64,000 bases of DNA from an uncultured Bacteroidota bacterium (lineage in GTDB: Bacteria > Bacteroidota > Bacteroidia > UKL13-3). The notes under the pieces are model-generated. The model saw only the letters and a list, made by a program, of their open reading frames with translations, made no database searches and was not told the origin of the DNA. A program made the position numbers and the translations under genes. Positions 9,586-19,570 of the stretch are shown here, in pieces; the first letter of the stretch is position 1; every line of letters starts with the position of its first letter. The DNA is taken from the NCBI GenBank assembly GCA_903883965.1, contig CAISCU010000043.1, positions 64,050 through 128,049 of the forward strand, read 5' to 3'.

Positions 9586-9795
9586 ATGACTACTACTTTT
9601 TTATTTATTGGTAACCTAGGTGGTGGAGAATGGGTGCTAATTTTGTTGGCGTTGGTTTTCCTTTTTGGAGGTAAAAAAATTCCTGAATTGATGAGAGGAA
9701 TTGGTCAAGGCGTTCGTGAATTCAATGATGCCAAAAAGAACGTAAAAGACCAAATTGAAGAAGGAATGAAAAATAAAGACAACGAAAAGAAATAA
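9586..9795 (+). CDS. tatA: twin-arginine translocase subunit TatA/E
   Basis: 69 aa. A single TM segment WVLILLALVFLFGGKKIPELMRGIGQGVREFNDAKK reproduces the TatA hinge (FG..K.PE) and amphipathic helix. Confidence 0.85.
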   Translation: MTTTFLFIGNLGGGEWVLILLALVFLFGGKKIPELMRGIGQGVREFNDAKKNVKDQIEEGMKNKDNEKK

Positions 9796-9818
9796 AGAAT
9801 TTTATAAATTCTCTCAAA

Positions 9819-11237
9819 TTGAAGCAATACAGTTCCCTAAAGGATATTCAGTCAGATTTAGGCGCCGGGTTAATTACACTTCCGGAGTTGGTGTCAATGT
9901 ATTTAAAAAACATTGAAACCAACAACCCCAAACTCAACGCACTGATTGAAGTGTACGGAGAAGAGGCCCTAGAACGCGCACAACAAATTCAAGTAAAATA
10001 CAACAGTGGCGAGGCTGGTAAACTGGCTGGAATGGTTGTTTCTATTAAAGACAATATTTGTTTTAAGGGGCACCAATCAAGTGCCTCCTCTTCAATTTTA
10101 AAAGGTTTTGAGTCGTTATTTTCTGCAACTGCCATAGAGCGAATTTTAGCAGAAGATGCAATCATTATTGGTAGAAGTAATTGTGATGAATTTGCCATGG
10201 GTGCATCAAATGAAACCTCTACCTATGGACCCGTACTTAATGCCAAAAACACACTAAAAGTTTCAGGTGGATCTTCGGGTGGTGCAGCGGTTTCGGTTCA
10301 AGCCAATATGTGTTTGGCCGCTTTAGGAAGCGATACGGGTGGTTCAGTTAGACAACCAGCATCATTTTGTGGTTTGGTTGGCTATAAACCTACATATGGT
10401 GCTGTTTCTAGATGGGGATTAATAGCTTATGCTTCTTCTTTTGATATTATTGGGCCCATAACCCATACTGTAGCTGACACAACAAGTATCATGGAGGTTA
10501 TTTCGGGTCCAGATAACTATGATGCCACGGCATTAAACAAAAAAGTTGTAACAGGTTCAACCGAAAGCAGTACTAAAAAACTAAAAATAGCATACTTTAA
10601 AGAAGCAATAGACTCAGAAGGTATTGAACCCGCCGTTAAACAACAAACTCTTGTTTTCATAGATAAACTAAAGCAGTTGGGCCATGAAGTTAAACAAGTA
10701 AGTTTCCCTTATTTAGACGTATTGGTTCCAGTCTATTACACCTTAACTACTGCCGAAGCCTCATCAAACCTCAGTAGGTTTGCGGGTATGCATTATGGCA
10801 AAAGAAGTGAGTTGGCAAAAGACCTTGAAACGACAGTCAAATTTTCTAGATCTGAAGGATTTGGTGCTGAGGTAAAAAGGAGAATCATGACTGGTACTTT
10901 TGTTTTGTCTTCGGGCTATTATGATGCATATTACAGCAAGGCACAGAAGGTAAGAAGACTGGTAAAAAACTATACCGATTCATTATTAGAAGAGGTTGAT
11001 TTGATAGTATCTCCAACCTCTCCAACGGTTGCTTTTGGGATTGGTGAAAAAGCTACTAACCCGCTGGCAATGTACTTGGCTGATATTTTCACAGTACATG
11101 CAAATATTGCGGGTAACCCTGCAATTTCTATCCCATTTGGAGAAGATGAAGCTGGCATGCCAATTGGTATGCAACTAATGGCTAGCAGATGTAATGATGC
11201 ACTACTGCTGGCATTTTCAGAGAGCATTACCGCTTAA
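9819..11237 (+). CDS. gatA: Asp-tRNA(Asn)/Glu-tRNA(Gln) amidotransferase subunit A
   Basis: Amidase signature GGSSGGAAVSVQANMCLAALGSDTGGSVRQPASFCGLVGYKPTYG, plus KDNICFKG. TTG start. Confidence 0.9.
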   Translation: MKQYSSLKDIQSDLGAGLITLPELVSMYLKNIETNNPKLNALIEVYGEEALERAQQIQVKYNSGEAGKLAGMVVSIKDNICFKGHQSSASSSILKGFESLFSATAIERILAEDAIIIGRSNCDEFAMGASNETSTYGPVLNAKNTLKVSGGSSGGAAVSVQANMCLAALGSDTGGSVRQPASFCGLVGYKPTYGAVSRWGLIAYASSFDIIGPITHTVADTTSIMEVISGPDNYDATALNKKVVTGSTESSTKKLKIAYFKEAIDSEGIEPAVKQQTLVFIDKLKQLGHEVKQVSFPYLDVLVPVYYTLTTAEASSNLSRFAGMHYGKRSELAKDLETTVKFSRSEGFGAEVKRRIMTGTFVLSSGYYDAYYSKAQKVRRLVKNYTDSLLEEVDLIVSPTSPTVAFGIGEKATNPLAMYLADIFTVHANIAGNPAISIPFGEDEAGMPIGMQLMASRCNDALLLAFSESITA

Positions 11238-11255
11238 TTTTAGTCAATTCTTACA

Positions 11256-11273
11256 AAGATGTGTTGACATCTT
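11256..11273 (+). terminator. possible weak terminator hairpin after gatA
   Basis: AAGATGT-GTTG-ACATCTT forms a 7-bp stem, but there is no clear T-run. Confidence 0.3.
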
Positions 11274-11318
11274 AATTACTTTATCAGTTCATTCCGTGTT
11301 TAATCAGTAGTTTGCGGC

Positions 11319-12572
11319 ATGCATTTGAATATTCGTAAAAACTTTTTTTTGAGTGTTTTCTTTTTAGTTGGATTGCTTTGTATAAAGGCAAATGCAAACA
11401 ACATAGATGAGCTCTATCAGTCAAGATTAGCTGCGCTTAAAACTACCATTGAAGTGAATTATCACCCTTCTGTAAGGGCTTATATTGATCAATATTTAGC
11501 AAATCCGGAGCTTATTAAGTCGTTGATTAGTAGGAGTAAATTTTATTTCCCCCCTATAGAAAAATCGCTCAAGCAAAAGAATCTTCCTACCGATTTAAAA
11601 TACATAGCCGCTGCAGCTTCTGGATTAGACCCAGCTGCCTTAAACCCTAATGGTAATAGTGGGGTTTGGATGATGTCGTACGCGGTTGCTAAAATGTATA
11701 AATTAAAACAAAACACCTACATAGACGAACGTAGAGACCCGGTAAAGTCGAGTTTAGCTGCAGCTCAGCACTTGAAAGACCTTTTTGCAATTTATAAAAG
11801 TTGGCCCTTAGCCATTGCTGCATATGGATGTTCGCCTGTTCAGCTAAACAAAGGAATTCATGCCGCAGGCAACAGTTTTTATTTTTGGGATATTTACAAA
11901 GTAATGCCCTCTAGTTGTAGAGATCTTTACCCTAAAGTGATTGCGACGGTTTATATCTTGAACTATTACAAAGAGCACGGCATTCGTTACATAGAACCGC
12001 TTCAATTACCCAATAGCGATACGGTATGGGTTTCGAAGTGGCTTTCTTTTCAACAAATTTCTACCGCAACCGCAGTTCCTGTAGAGGTGTTGAGGGATTT
12101 AAATCCAGTGTTTAAAAAAGACATCATTCCCTTTTCACAAGAACCCTATTTTTTAAGAATACCATCAGACAGGGTTTCTAAATTTGGTTTGTTAAGAGAT
12201 ACAGTATACAGGCAATACCATGCTGTAGAAATACAACCAATTGCCATTGAAAGAGACACCACAGAGCTAAAAAGAGATGAACCAATTAAAGAAGAATCAA
12301 GAAAAGATTCAAAAGAAAACAAACAAATTGTACAATCAAATAAGCTTGTCAAGTATACTGTCAAAAAGGGTGATGTTTTAACAGATATTGCTGATTGGTT
12401 TGATGTTTCGGTTCAGGATATACAGGGTTGGAATAAAAAGCAAACCAAAAGAGGTAAGGTTAATAGAGGAGCTGTTTTAAAAATATATGTCCAGGCTAAT
12501 AAAACTGGATACTACAGAAGAATCAATGGCATGTCTGCCACACAAAAGAAAAGACTGAGAAGGAGAGATTAA
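11319..12572 (+). CDS. lytic transglycosylase (SLT/MltD-like) with C-terminal LysM domain
   Basis: Signal peptide; SLT-like core (SGVWMMSYAVAKMY ... PLAIAAYGCSP); C-terminal LysM YTVKKGDVLTDIADWFDVSVQDIQGWNK. Confidence 0.75.
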   Translation: MHLNIRKNFFLSVFFLVGLLCIKANANNIDELYQSRLAALKTTIEVNYHPSVRAYIDQYLANPELIKSLISRSKFYFPPIEKSLKQKNLPTDLKYIAAAASGLDPAALNPNGNSGVWMMSYAVAKMYKLKQNTYIDERRDPVKSSLAAAQHLKDLFAIYKSWPLAIAAYGCSPVQLNKGIHAAGNSFYFWDIYKVMPSSCRDLYPKVIATVYILNYYKEHGIRYIEPLQLPNSDTVWVSKWLSFQQISTATAVPVEVLRDLNPVFKKDIIPFSQEPYFLRIPSDRVSKFGLLRDTVYRQYHAVEIQPIAIERDTTELKRDEPIKEESRKDSKENKQIVQSNKLVKYTVKKGDVLTDIADWFDVSVQDIQGWNKKQTKRGKVNRGAVLKIYVQANKTGYYRRINGMSATQKKRLRRRD

Positions 12573-12580
12573 ATTGCATA

Positions 12581-12610
12581 AAAAAACCCGCCTAGGCGGG
12601 TTTTAATTTT
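12581..12610. terminator. bidirectional rho-independent terminator
   Basis: Perfect palindrome AAAAAACCCGCC-TA-GGCGGGTTTT between the convergent genes ending at 12572 and 12611. Confidence 0.85.
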
Positions 12611-12892
12611 TTAGTCGTTGTACTGACGTCTTTCTCTTTGAGGTTTGTCTTCTCTAGGACGAGCCTCATTGACAGTGATGTTTCTTTGCATAAATGATTG
12701 ACCGTTTAAAGAGTCAATTGCACGTTGAGCACTTGCAGCATCCGGCATTTCAACAAAGCCAAAGCCTTTGCTTCTGCCTGTAAATTTATCGTTTACAATG
12801 TTTACTGATGATACTTCGCCGTAGGCTGAAAACAAGTTACTGAGGTCTTCTGAACTAGCTGACCAATTTAAGTTTCCGATGTAGATGTTCAT
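12611..12892 (-). CDS. RRM-domain RNA-binding protein
   Basis: MNIYIGNLNWSASSEDL (RNP2) and KGFGFVEM (RNP1). ATG at 12892 was chosen over the track start 12946 because the protein then begins at RNP2, as in bacterial Rbp proteins. Confidence 0.85.
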   Translation of the reverse strand: MNIYIGNLNWSASSEDLSNLFSAYGEVSSVNIVNDKFTGRSKGFGFVEMPDAASAQRAIDSLNGQSFMQRNITVNEARPREDKPQRERRQYND

Positions 12893-12910
12893 AAAAATTA
12901 TTAGAAAAAT

Positions 12911-12918
12911 CAAATTTA
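12911..12918 (-). promoter_or_regulatory. Bacteroidota -7 promoter box (TAAATTTG on minus strand)
   Basis: Plus strand CAAATTTA, 18 nt upstream of ATG 12892. Confidence 0.5.
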
Positions 12919-12991
12919 AGCATAATTCCCTCATTTGCAAAGCCATTCCAATAATTTATTCTGAACTTGGCAAAATAAGTTGAAAAACCTG

Positions 12992-15952
12992 TTAAAATTT
13001 CCGCTTGCAAGCTTCTATTAATATATCATGGATAGATGTACGGATATTTTGTTCAGAGAGCCTTTTGTTTTCGGCCGAAGGGTATACCCTGTTTGAAAGA
13101 AACACATATACCAATCCGTTTTTAGGGTCTGCCCAGGTACAAGTCCCGGTAAAACCGGTATGTCCAAAACAGAAGGCAGAGGCGCCACTTCCAGCGGGTG
13201 AACTTTTACCATAAGTTGTTTCTGGTTTGTCAAAACCCAGACCTCTTCTAGATTTTTTAGCATTCTTCTTGGTAAACAATTCTATAGTTGAAGCCTTTAG
13301 TAAACGCTGCCCCGCATAAGTACCCCCATTTAATAAGAGTTGCATCACAACCCCAACATCATTTGCATTTGCAAAAAGACCAGCATGTCCACTAACACCT
13401 CCTAACATGGCAGCCGCAGGGTCATGTACATACCCGTTGATTAACTGTGTTCTAAAATATTGGTCGTTTTCTGTTGGAATAATCCAACCGGGATTCAACC
13501 CCTTTTTAAGCGGATTAAACACCATATTGGCCAGGTTCATTGGCCTGTAAAAATTTTTATATAAATAGCTTTCAAAGTCCTCATTGGTGACTTCCTCTAC
13601 CAGTTTCCTCAACAGAATAAAACCCAAATCGCTGTAAACATAGTTTCCTGGTGGTTTGAGATCTGATTTTGCTATAATATCAAATAGGGTTTGTTCGTAG
13701 TTGTTTCGAATGAAAAGGTTGTCACAAACCTGTTTTTCATACCCATCTTGTTTGCTGAACCTGTAGATTGTTGAATCAAGTTGTCCATCAATAATGGTTT
13801 GTTTGTAAAATGGTATGTATGGAACTAAACCAGCTTCATGTGTCAACACCTCTCTGATATTGATATTTTCTTTGTTTGTACCCCTCAAAAAAGGGAGATA
13901 AAGGCTTAATTTGTCGTTTAAACCAATTTTTCCACTTTCATACAGCTTCATAATGGCTAAAGTGGTTGACATAATTTTGGTCAATGAAGCAATATCGTAG
14001 AGGTGGTTGTTTTGAACTTCTGGCGAAAGGGTATCGTAAACATGCCTACCAAATGATTTTTGGTAAAAAACCTTTCCGTTTTTACTTGCCCAAACCTGAC
14101 ATCCAGGTGTAGCCCCTGCAAGTATAGCCCTTGTTACAATTGAATCGATTTGTTGGAGTGGAGTGTGGTCAATTTCAATTTCTTCTGGCATGACCAATTC
14201 GTTTCTATCTGTGGTGTGTGTTTTGGTGCCAATGTTCAATTCAAAAGCGGGTAAAACTGAAACGGGCATTTTGCCTGATGCACCAATAGCCCCAACTAAA
14301 ATTTGAGCTGAAACAGAGTTGTATACCGGCAAGTCTTCAAAGGCCAATATCACATTCCTTGCCCCTTGAAAATGCTTTAAGATATATGGGTTACCGTGAA
14401 CAACTAACACACATTTTTTCTCGTAAATGAGTTGATTAATAAAATCAATCTGTTGTTGTGTTAAGCCAAGTTTTTTACTGATAAACCTGCTGGTGTTTTG
14501 AAGACTCAGTACCACTAGACTGTACTTCAAAAGTTTTGATTTGAGTTCGTCAAATGAAGCAACAGAGTCGTTTTTGTCAATGCTAAAGTAGTCGGCATGT
14601 AAGAAGTTGTTTAATGTTTGCTGAAATACAGTTGTATTAGAAGAGCCAACCGAAACCACAGCAATTTGATCGAGCTCTGGACGAACAAGCGGTATAATAC
14701 CATCTACATTTTTTGCAACCACCACAGCATTTTTAACTATTTTTTTAATGAGCAAATCGGTTGAACAACAATTTAAATCTTCGACAAGTTGGTTGGTATT
14801 AACCGGTTCATAATTATTGAGTCCGCACCAATATTTTGTAACTAGAATTTTACGACAAGCCTCATCTAGTCTTTCTTTAGGAATTAAACCCCGACTGATA
14901 TAATCTTTGATCCAATATAATGATTGTGGAACATCTTCAACAAAAAGCAATAAATCAACTCCTGCCGCTAAAGCCTTTGCACAAACTTCACCCGGAGCCG
15001 CATAGTTTGCTACCCCCTTCATATTGAGACCATCTGAAACAACCAATCCTTCAAATCCGAGTTTGTTTTTTAACAGGTCAGTGACTGCCTTTGCAGAAAT
15101 GCTAGATGCCGTGTTGTTTGTGGTGTCAATTGCATGTACAAATAAGTGTCCAACCATCACTCCTAAAACACCGTTATTGATGAGCTCTTTAAATGGATAC
15201 AATTCCAAAGAATCGAGTCTGTCTAAATTTGCGTTGATTACGGGTAATGAATGGTGGGAATCACTTTCGGTATCTCCATGTCCCGGAAAGTGTTTGGCTG
15301 TAGGCATAATTCTGAGCTCTTGCAATCCTTTTGCATAAGCAAGCCCATGTTTTGCTACCGTATACTTGTTTTCTCCAAAACTACGGTCGTTAATGACCGG
15401 ATTGAGCGCATTGTTGTTGATATCTATATCGGGTGCAAAGTTGAGTTGAATGCCAATTCTTTTACAATGTTTTGCAATTTCTTGACCCATTTGTTTGGTG
15501 AGATCTAAGTTGTTAGCAGCACCTAAAACCATTTGCCTAGGGAAAACTGGGGTACTGTCTAAGCGCATATTTAGACCCCACTCACCATCAATGCTGATGA
15601 GCAAAGGTATTTTTGATTTTGATTGAAATCGGTTACAGAGGTTGGCTTGTTTAATGGGTCCACCCTTCATAAACATTAACCCACCAATTTTATAATCGTT
15701 GATTAATTTTTCAATTTCTTTTTCATGAGAGGCATCTCTTTGGGTCCATACCGCCACTGTCATTAACTGAGTTATTTTTTCATCTTCAGTCATACTTGAA
15801 AGGATAGAGTCTACCCAATGGTTGGGTGCTTTCCAAGCAATACCCTGCCCCATAGAAGAGGTTTGTCCAAAAAGAACAAATAACAGTCCAAAAATAAATC
15901 CTTTCAATATGTGTTTTGAGTCTATCATGAAGTAGCAAATAACTTGAAACAT
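12992..15952 (-). CDS. fusion protein: glycoside hydrolase family 3 (NagZ-like beta-N-acetylhexosaminidase) N-terminal half plus serine beta-lactamase/PBP-fold hydrolase C-terminal half
   Basis: GH3 motifs KHFPGHGDTESDSHH and VVSDGLNMKG. In the C-terminal half, the S-x-x-K motif in YDIASLTKIMSTTLAI and a later YSDLGF. Signal-peptide-like start; ATG 15928 (MIDSKHILKGFIFGLLFVLFG) is an alternative start. Confidence 0.8.
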   Translation of the reverse strand: MFQVICYFMIDSKHILKGFIFGLLFVLFGQTSSMGQGIAWKAPNHWVDSILSSMTEDEKITQLMTVAVWTQRDASHEKEIEKLINDYKIGGLMFMKGGPIKQANLCNRFQSKSKIPLLISIDGEWGLNMRLDSTPVFPRQMVLGAANNLDLTKQMGQEIAKHCKRIGIQLNFAPDIDINNNALNPVINDRSFGENKYTVAKHGLAYAKGLQELRIMPTAKHFPGHGDTESDSHHSLPVINANLDRLDSLELYPFKELINNGVLGVMVGHLFVHAIDTTNNTASSISAKAVTDLLKNKLGFEGLVVSDGLNMKGVANYAAPGEVCAKALAAGVDLLLFVEDVPQSLYWIKDYISRGLIPKERLDEACRKILVTKYWCGLNNYEPVNTNQLVEDLNCCSTDLLIKKIVKNAVVVAKNVDGIIPLVRPELDQIAVVSVGSSNTTVFQQTLNNFLHADYFSIDKNDSVASFDELKSKLLKYSLVVLSLQNTSRFISKKLGLTQQQIDFINQLIYEKKCVLVVHGNPYILKHFQGARNVILAFEDLPVYNSVSAQILVGAIGASGKMPVSVLPAFELNIGTKTHTTDRNELVMPEEIEIDHTPLQQIDSIVTRAILAGATPGCQVWASKNGKVFYQKSFGRHVYDTLSPEVQNNHLYDIASLTKIMSTTLAIMKLYESGKIGLNDKLSLYLPFLRGTNKENINIREVLTHEAGLVPYIPFYKQTIIDGQLDSTIYRFSKQDGYEKQVCDNLFIRNNYEQTLFDIIAKSDLKPPGNYVYSDLGFILLRKLVEEVTNEDFESYLYKNFYRPMNLANMVFNPLKKGLNPGWIIPTENDQYFRTQLINGYVHDPAAAMLGGVSGHAGLFANANDVGVVMQLLLNGGTYAGQRLLKASTIELFTKKNAKKSRRGLGFDKPETTYGKSSPAGSGASAFCFGHTGFTGTCTWADPKNGLVYVFLSNRVYPSAENKRLSEQNIRTSIHDILIEACKRKF

Positions 15953-16057
15953 TTGCGTATTTCTGACACCTAGTCAAATTAATTATTCACGGTTAATTGG
16001 TTGAAAGTTCTCCACAGGCTTACATTTTATAAATATTTATAGGTTTTTTGTTGAAGA

Positions 16058-17878
16058 ATGTCAAACACCATTAAAAAATTACCAAGCCATATTGCAAGTC
16101 AAATTGCAGCAGGTGAAGTTGTTCAAAGACCAGCCTCATTGGTAAAAGAATTGTTAGACAACGCAATTGATGCCGAATCAACAATGATTCAGCTGATTGT
16201 TAAAGACGCAGGAAAAGCGCTGGTTCAGGTAATAGATAATGGTTCGGGAATGTCGGAAGCGGATGCTTTGATGTGCTGGGAAAGACATGCAACTTCTAAA
16301 ATTGCTAAAACAGAAGACATTTTTCAAATACAAACACTTGGGTTTAGGGGAGAAGCCTTGGCAAGTATAGCCTCAGTTGCTAGGGTAGAATTAAAAACAA
16401 AGACACAAGAGTCAGAACTGGGTTCGGGCATTGTTATGGAAGGTTCAAAGCTAGTTTCTAAAGAATTAGTGGCTTGTGAAACAGGCACTTCAATTGCTGT
16501 AAAAAATTTGTTTTACAACATTCCTGCAAGGAGGAATTTTTTAAAATCTAACACCTTAGAGTTTCGACATATTCTAGATGAATTTAACCGAAGTGCCTTG
16601 GCAAATCCTCAGGTGCAATTTGACTTGTACCAAGACGAAAAACATACAGCAAGCTACCCTGTTGGTTCTCTAAAAGAACGTATTGCAGAAGTTGTACATG
16701 GTTTACAGCCTAAAGACTGGATGGAGATCAATGAAGAAACAAGCATTTTAAGAATTACAGGATATTGTTCTGCTCCAGAGAAATCTAAGAAAACAAGGGG
16801 TGATCAGTATTTTTTTGTGAACAACAGGTTTTTTAAAGATGCTTATTTTCACCATGCGGTGATGTCTGCTTATGAAGGCTTGATAGCGAATGAAACATAT
16901 CCTGCTTATGTGTTAAAAATTGAAATAGACCCTTCTATGGTTGATGTCAATGTACACCCAACAAAGACAGAGGTTAAATTTGAAGACGAAAAAAATTGCT
17001 ACCAGATCATTAGGGCTGTTGTTCGAAAAGCAATAGTAAGTGCTTTTGGTGGGGAGCAAATTCTAAATGCTTTTGATGACAACCGTTTTGTACATCAAGA
17101 AATTAGCAAAACAGTAGAAGAAGGCTCACTTTACAGGCCCATCAACAATGAGACGGTAGGTTCTGGTTTTAAGTCTTCGCTTGATGGTTTCAAGTTTGAC
17201 TACCAGCAAAAACGTAAAGAAGTAAATCAAGGATGGGAATTGGTATTTCCATCAACAACAGAGCAATATCTTGACAACAATGTGTTTGAAACAAACAAGG
17301 TTGTTTCTTCTGTAAAACATTTTTTTCAAATTCACAATCAGTACATTGTTACACAAATTAAAAGGGGTTTAATGGTTGTTGATCAACAAGCAGCACACGA
17401 GCGGGTTTTGTTTGAAAGATACCAAGCTGCATTAGCTGACAAACCAGTATCAAGCCAACAATTGCTATTTCCTAAATCTATTCAAATTTCTATAGCAGAC
17501 GAAGCGGTACTTTTGGAAATTATTGAAGAGATGAACAAGCTCGGTTTTCATATCAACCACTTTGGAAAACAAACTTTTGTAGTAAATGGATTGCCAGCGG
17601 AACTTCATCTCTACAATGAACAAAAACTCATTGAAGAAGTAATTGAAGCATACAAAACGGGCAAACAATCTGTGGTACAAAAAAAAGAACTGATTGCACG
17701 AACTTTGGCTGCAAAGGCCTCTATTAAAGCAGGAACTTCTCTTGGCCCAGAAGAGATGAATTCTCTGATTGATGATTTGTTCGCTTGCTCAGAGCCGCTT
17801 AAATCACCTCTTGGTAAAACATGTGTAAAAATGATGAGTCTTGAGGAAATTGCTAAATTATTTGAACATAAAAATTAA
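16058..17878 (+). CDS. mutL: DNA mismatch repair protein MutL
   Basis: N-terminus IKKLPSHIASQIAAGEVVQRPASLVKELLDNAIDAEST and GFRGEALASI (GHKL ATPase). 606 aa. Confidence 0.92.
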   Translation: MSNTIKKLPSHIASQIAAGEVVQRPASLVKELLDNAIDAESTMIQLIVKDAGKALVQVIDNGSGMSEADALMCWERHATSKIAKTEDIFQIQTLGFRGEALASIASVARVELKTKTQESELGSGIVMEGSKLVSKELVACETGTSIAVKNLFYNIPARRNFLKSNTLEFRHILDEFNRSALANPQVQFDLYQDEKHTASYPVGSLKERIAEVVHGLQPKDWMEINEETSILRITGYCSAPEKSKKTRGDQYFFVNNRFFKDAYFHHAVMSAYEGLIANETYPAYVLKIEIDPSMVDVNVHPTKTEVKFEDEKNCYQIIRAVVRKAIVSAFGGEQILNAFDDNRFVHQEISKTVEEGSLYRPINNETVGSGFKSSLDGFKFDYQQKRKEVNQGWELVFPSTTEQYLDNNVFETNKVVSSVKHFFQIHNQYIVTQIKRGLMVVDQQAAHERVLFERYQAALADKPVSSQQLLFPKSIQISIADEAVLLEIIEEMNKLGFHINHFGKQTFVVNGLPAELHLYNEQKLIEEVIEAYKTGKQSVVQKKELIARTLAAKASIKAGTSLGPEEMNSLIDDLFACSEPLKSPLGKTCVKMMSLEEIAKLFEHKN

Positions 17879-17883
17879 AACCT

Positions 17884-18708
17884 ATGCAAAGCGCATCGCC
17901 ATTTTCTTCATTACCAACCATTGTTAAAAACTTACTCATTATCAATGGCTTGTTTTTTTTCGCAGCCTTTGTTTTTCAGGACAGAAACTGGGCTAATTTG
18001 AACCAGATTTTGGGTTTGTATTATCCCGAATCAAATTACTTTAAGCCTTTCCAATTGGTGAGTTATGCTTTCATGCATGCCTCAATTAACCATTTGGTTT
18101 ACAACATGTTTTCATTGTGGATGTTTGGAACTATTTTGGAGCACTTTTGGGGTCCGAAGCGTTTCTTAACATTTTACATGATTACCACACTGGGAGCCGC
18201 AGTTACCTATTTAACCATTAATTATTTTGAGGTTCAAGCCATACAATCAGCTATAGAGACATTTAACACGAGCCCGGGTTACGATGAATTTTTAAAGCTC
18301 ATGAAAACGGACCCAGATCTTTTGGCAACAGACCAAATATCTAGCTTTGTTTATCAATGGTCTCAAGATATAACTAACCCCAAATTCCTTGATTTTGCAA
18401 AAGAAATTTCAGGCGTATTGATACAAAGAAAATTAAACATACCAATGGTAGGTGCAAGTGGAGCTGTTTTTGGGTTGTTGCTTGCTAATGGAATGTTGTT
18501 TCCAAACAGAGAAGTATTCTTGTTTTTTATTCCAATTCCGATTAAAATAAAATACATGGTTGTGTTTTTAGGAGTGATGGAGCTTTGGGAGGGTTTGGGC
18601 AATAATCCTGGAGACCAAGTAGCTCATTTTGCACACTTAGGTGGCATGTTGTTTGGTTTTATTGCAATTAAATACTGGAATAAAACAGATCGGGTTAATT
18701 TTTTCTAA
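17884..18708 (+). CDS. rhomboid family intramembrane serine protease
   Basis: HASINHLVYNMFSLWMFG, catalytic GASGAVFG, and the His helix AHLGGMLFG. Confidence 0.8.
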   Translation: MQSASPFSSLPTIVKNLLIINGLFFFAAFVFQDRNWANLNQILGLYYPESNYFKPFQLVSYAFMHASINHLVYNMFSLWMFGTILEHFWGPKRFLTFYMITTLGAAVTYLTINYFEVQAIQSAIETFNTSPGYDEFLKLMKTDPDLLATDQISSFVYQWSQDITNPKFLDFAKEISGVLIQRKLNIPMVGASGAVFGLLLANGMLFPNREVFLFFIPIPIKIKYMVVFLGVMELWEGLGNNPGDQVAHFAHLGGMLFGFIAIKYWNKTDRVNFF

Positions 18709-19569
18709 ATGCAAAGTATGCAAGGCTATTTTTCTACTAATAAAAACAACACGATTTGGCAAATAATTGCTGTGAATGTGTGTGTTTTTTTCGTATGGAA
18801 ATGCATGCAGCTTTTAGAAACAATTTCTGGAGTATCGGCTATAAGTGAAATGCGCACTTATTTATTATTGCCAGCATCACTTCAAACCATTTTATATAGG
18901 CCTTGGACTATTGTAACTTATATGTTTATTCATGATGGTTTTATTCATCTATTGTTTAACATGTTGTGGTTACATTGGATAGGTCAACTTTTTAGCACCT
19001 ATTTAGGAAACAAAAGAGTTTGGCTGGTATACCTTGGTGGTGGCATTTTAGGAGCCTTTTTGTTTGTATTAGCGCATGCTGTTTTCCCTTTTCTGATTCC
19101 ATCTGCCCTTAATGCATTTGCTGCAGGCTCAAGTGCAGGAGTTTTATCTATTGCCGTAGCAACAGCTACTCTGTTGCCCAATTATGAAATTGAAATGTTA
19201 TTGGTGGGTTGGGTAAGGCTTAAGTACATTGTACTTTTTGTGGTGTTATTTGATTTGATAAGCATTCCGTATAACAATACAGGGGGGCACTTGGCTCACC
19301 TAGGAGGGGCACTATTGGGTTTTATCTATGTTAAATTTTTGTACCAAATGAACTTTTTAGAATTGTTTTTTGCTAGAATAAAAAAGCTAATAAAGCCCAA
19401 ATCAAAACTAAAAATCCATTACAAATCAAAATTTATGAAGCTTGAAAATGCTACAGTAGATTACCAGAAGGAAATTGATACTATTTTAGATAAAATAAAT
19501 TCAAAAGGAATTCACTCGTTGAGTGAAACAGAAAAGGCTATTTTAAAAAAATTGAGTAATAAAATATAA
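18709..19569 (+). CDS. rhomboid family intramembrane serine protease (second paralog, with ~70-aa C-terminal tail)
   Basis: FIHDGFIHLLFNMLWLHWIG, GSSAGVLS and AHLGGALLG. Starts at the nucleotide after the previous stop. Confidence 0.75.
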   Translation: MQSMQGYFSTNKNNTIWQIIAVNVCVFFVWKCMQLLETISGVSAISEMRTYLLLPASLQTILYRPWTIVTYMFIHDGFIHLLFNMLWLHWIGQLFSTYLGNKRVWLVYLGGGILGAFLFVLAHAVFPFLIPSALNAFAAGSSAGVLSIAVATATLLPNYEIEMLLVGWVRLKYIVLFVVLFDLISIPYNNTGGHLAHLGGALLGFIYVKFLYQMNFLELFFARIKKLIKPKSKLKIHYKSKFMKLENATVDYQKEIDTILDKINSKGIHSLSETEKAILKKLSNKI

Positions 19570-19570
19570 C

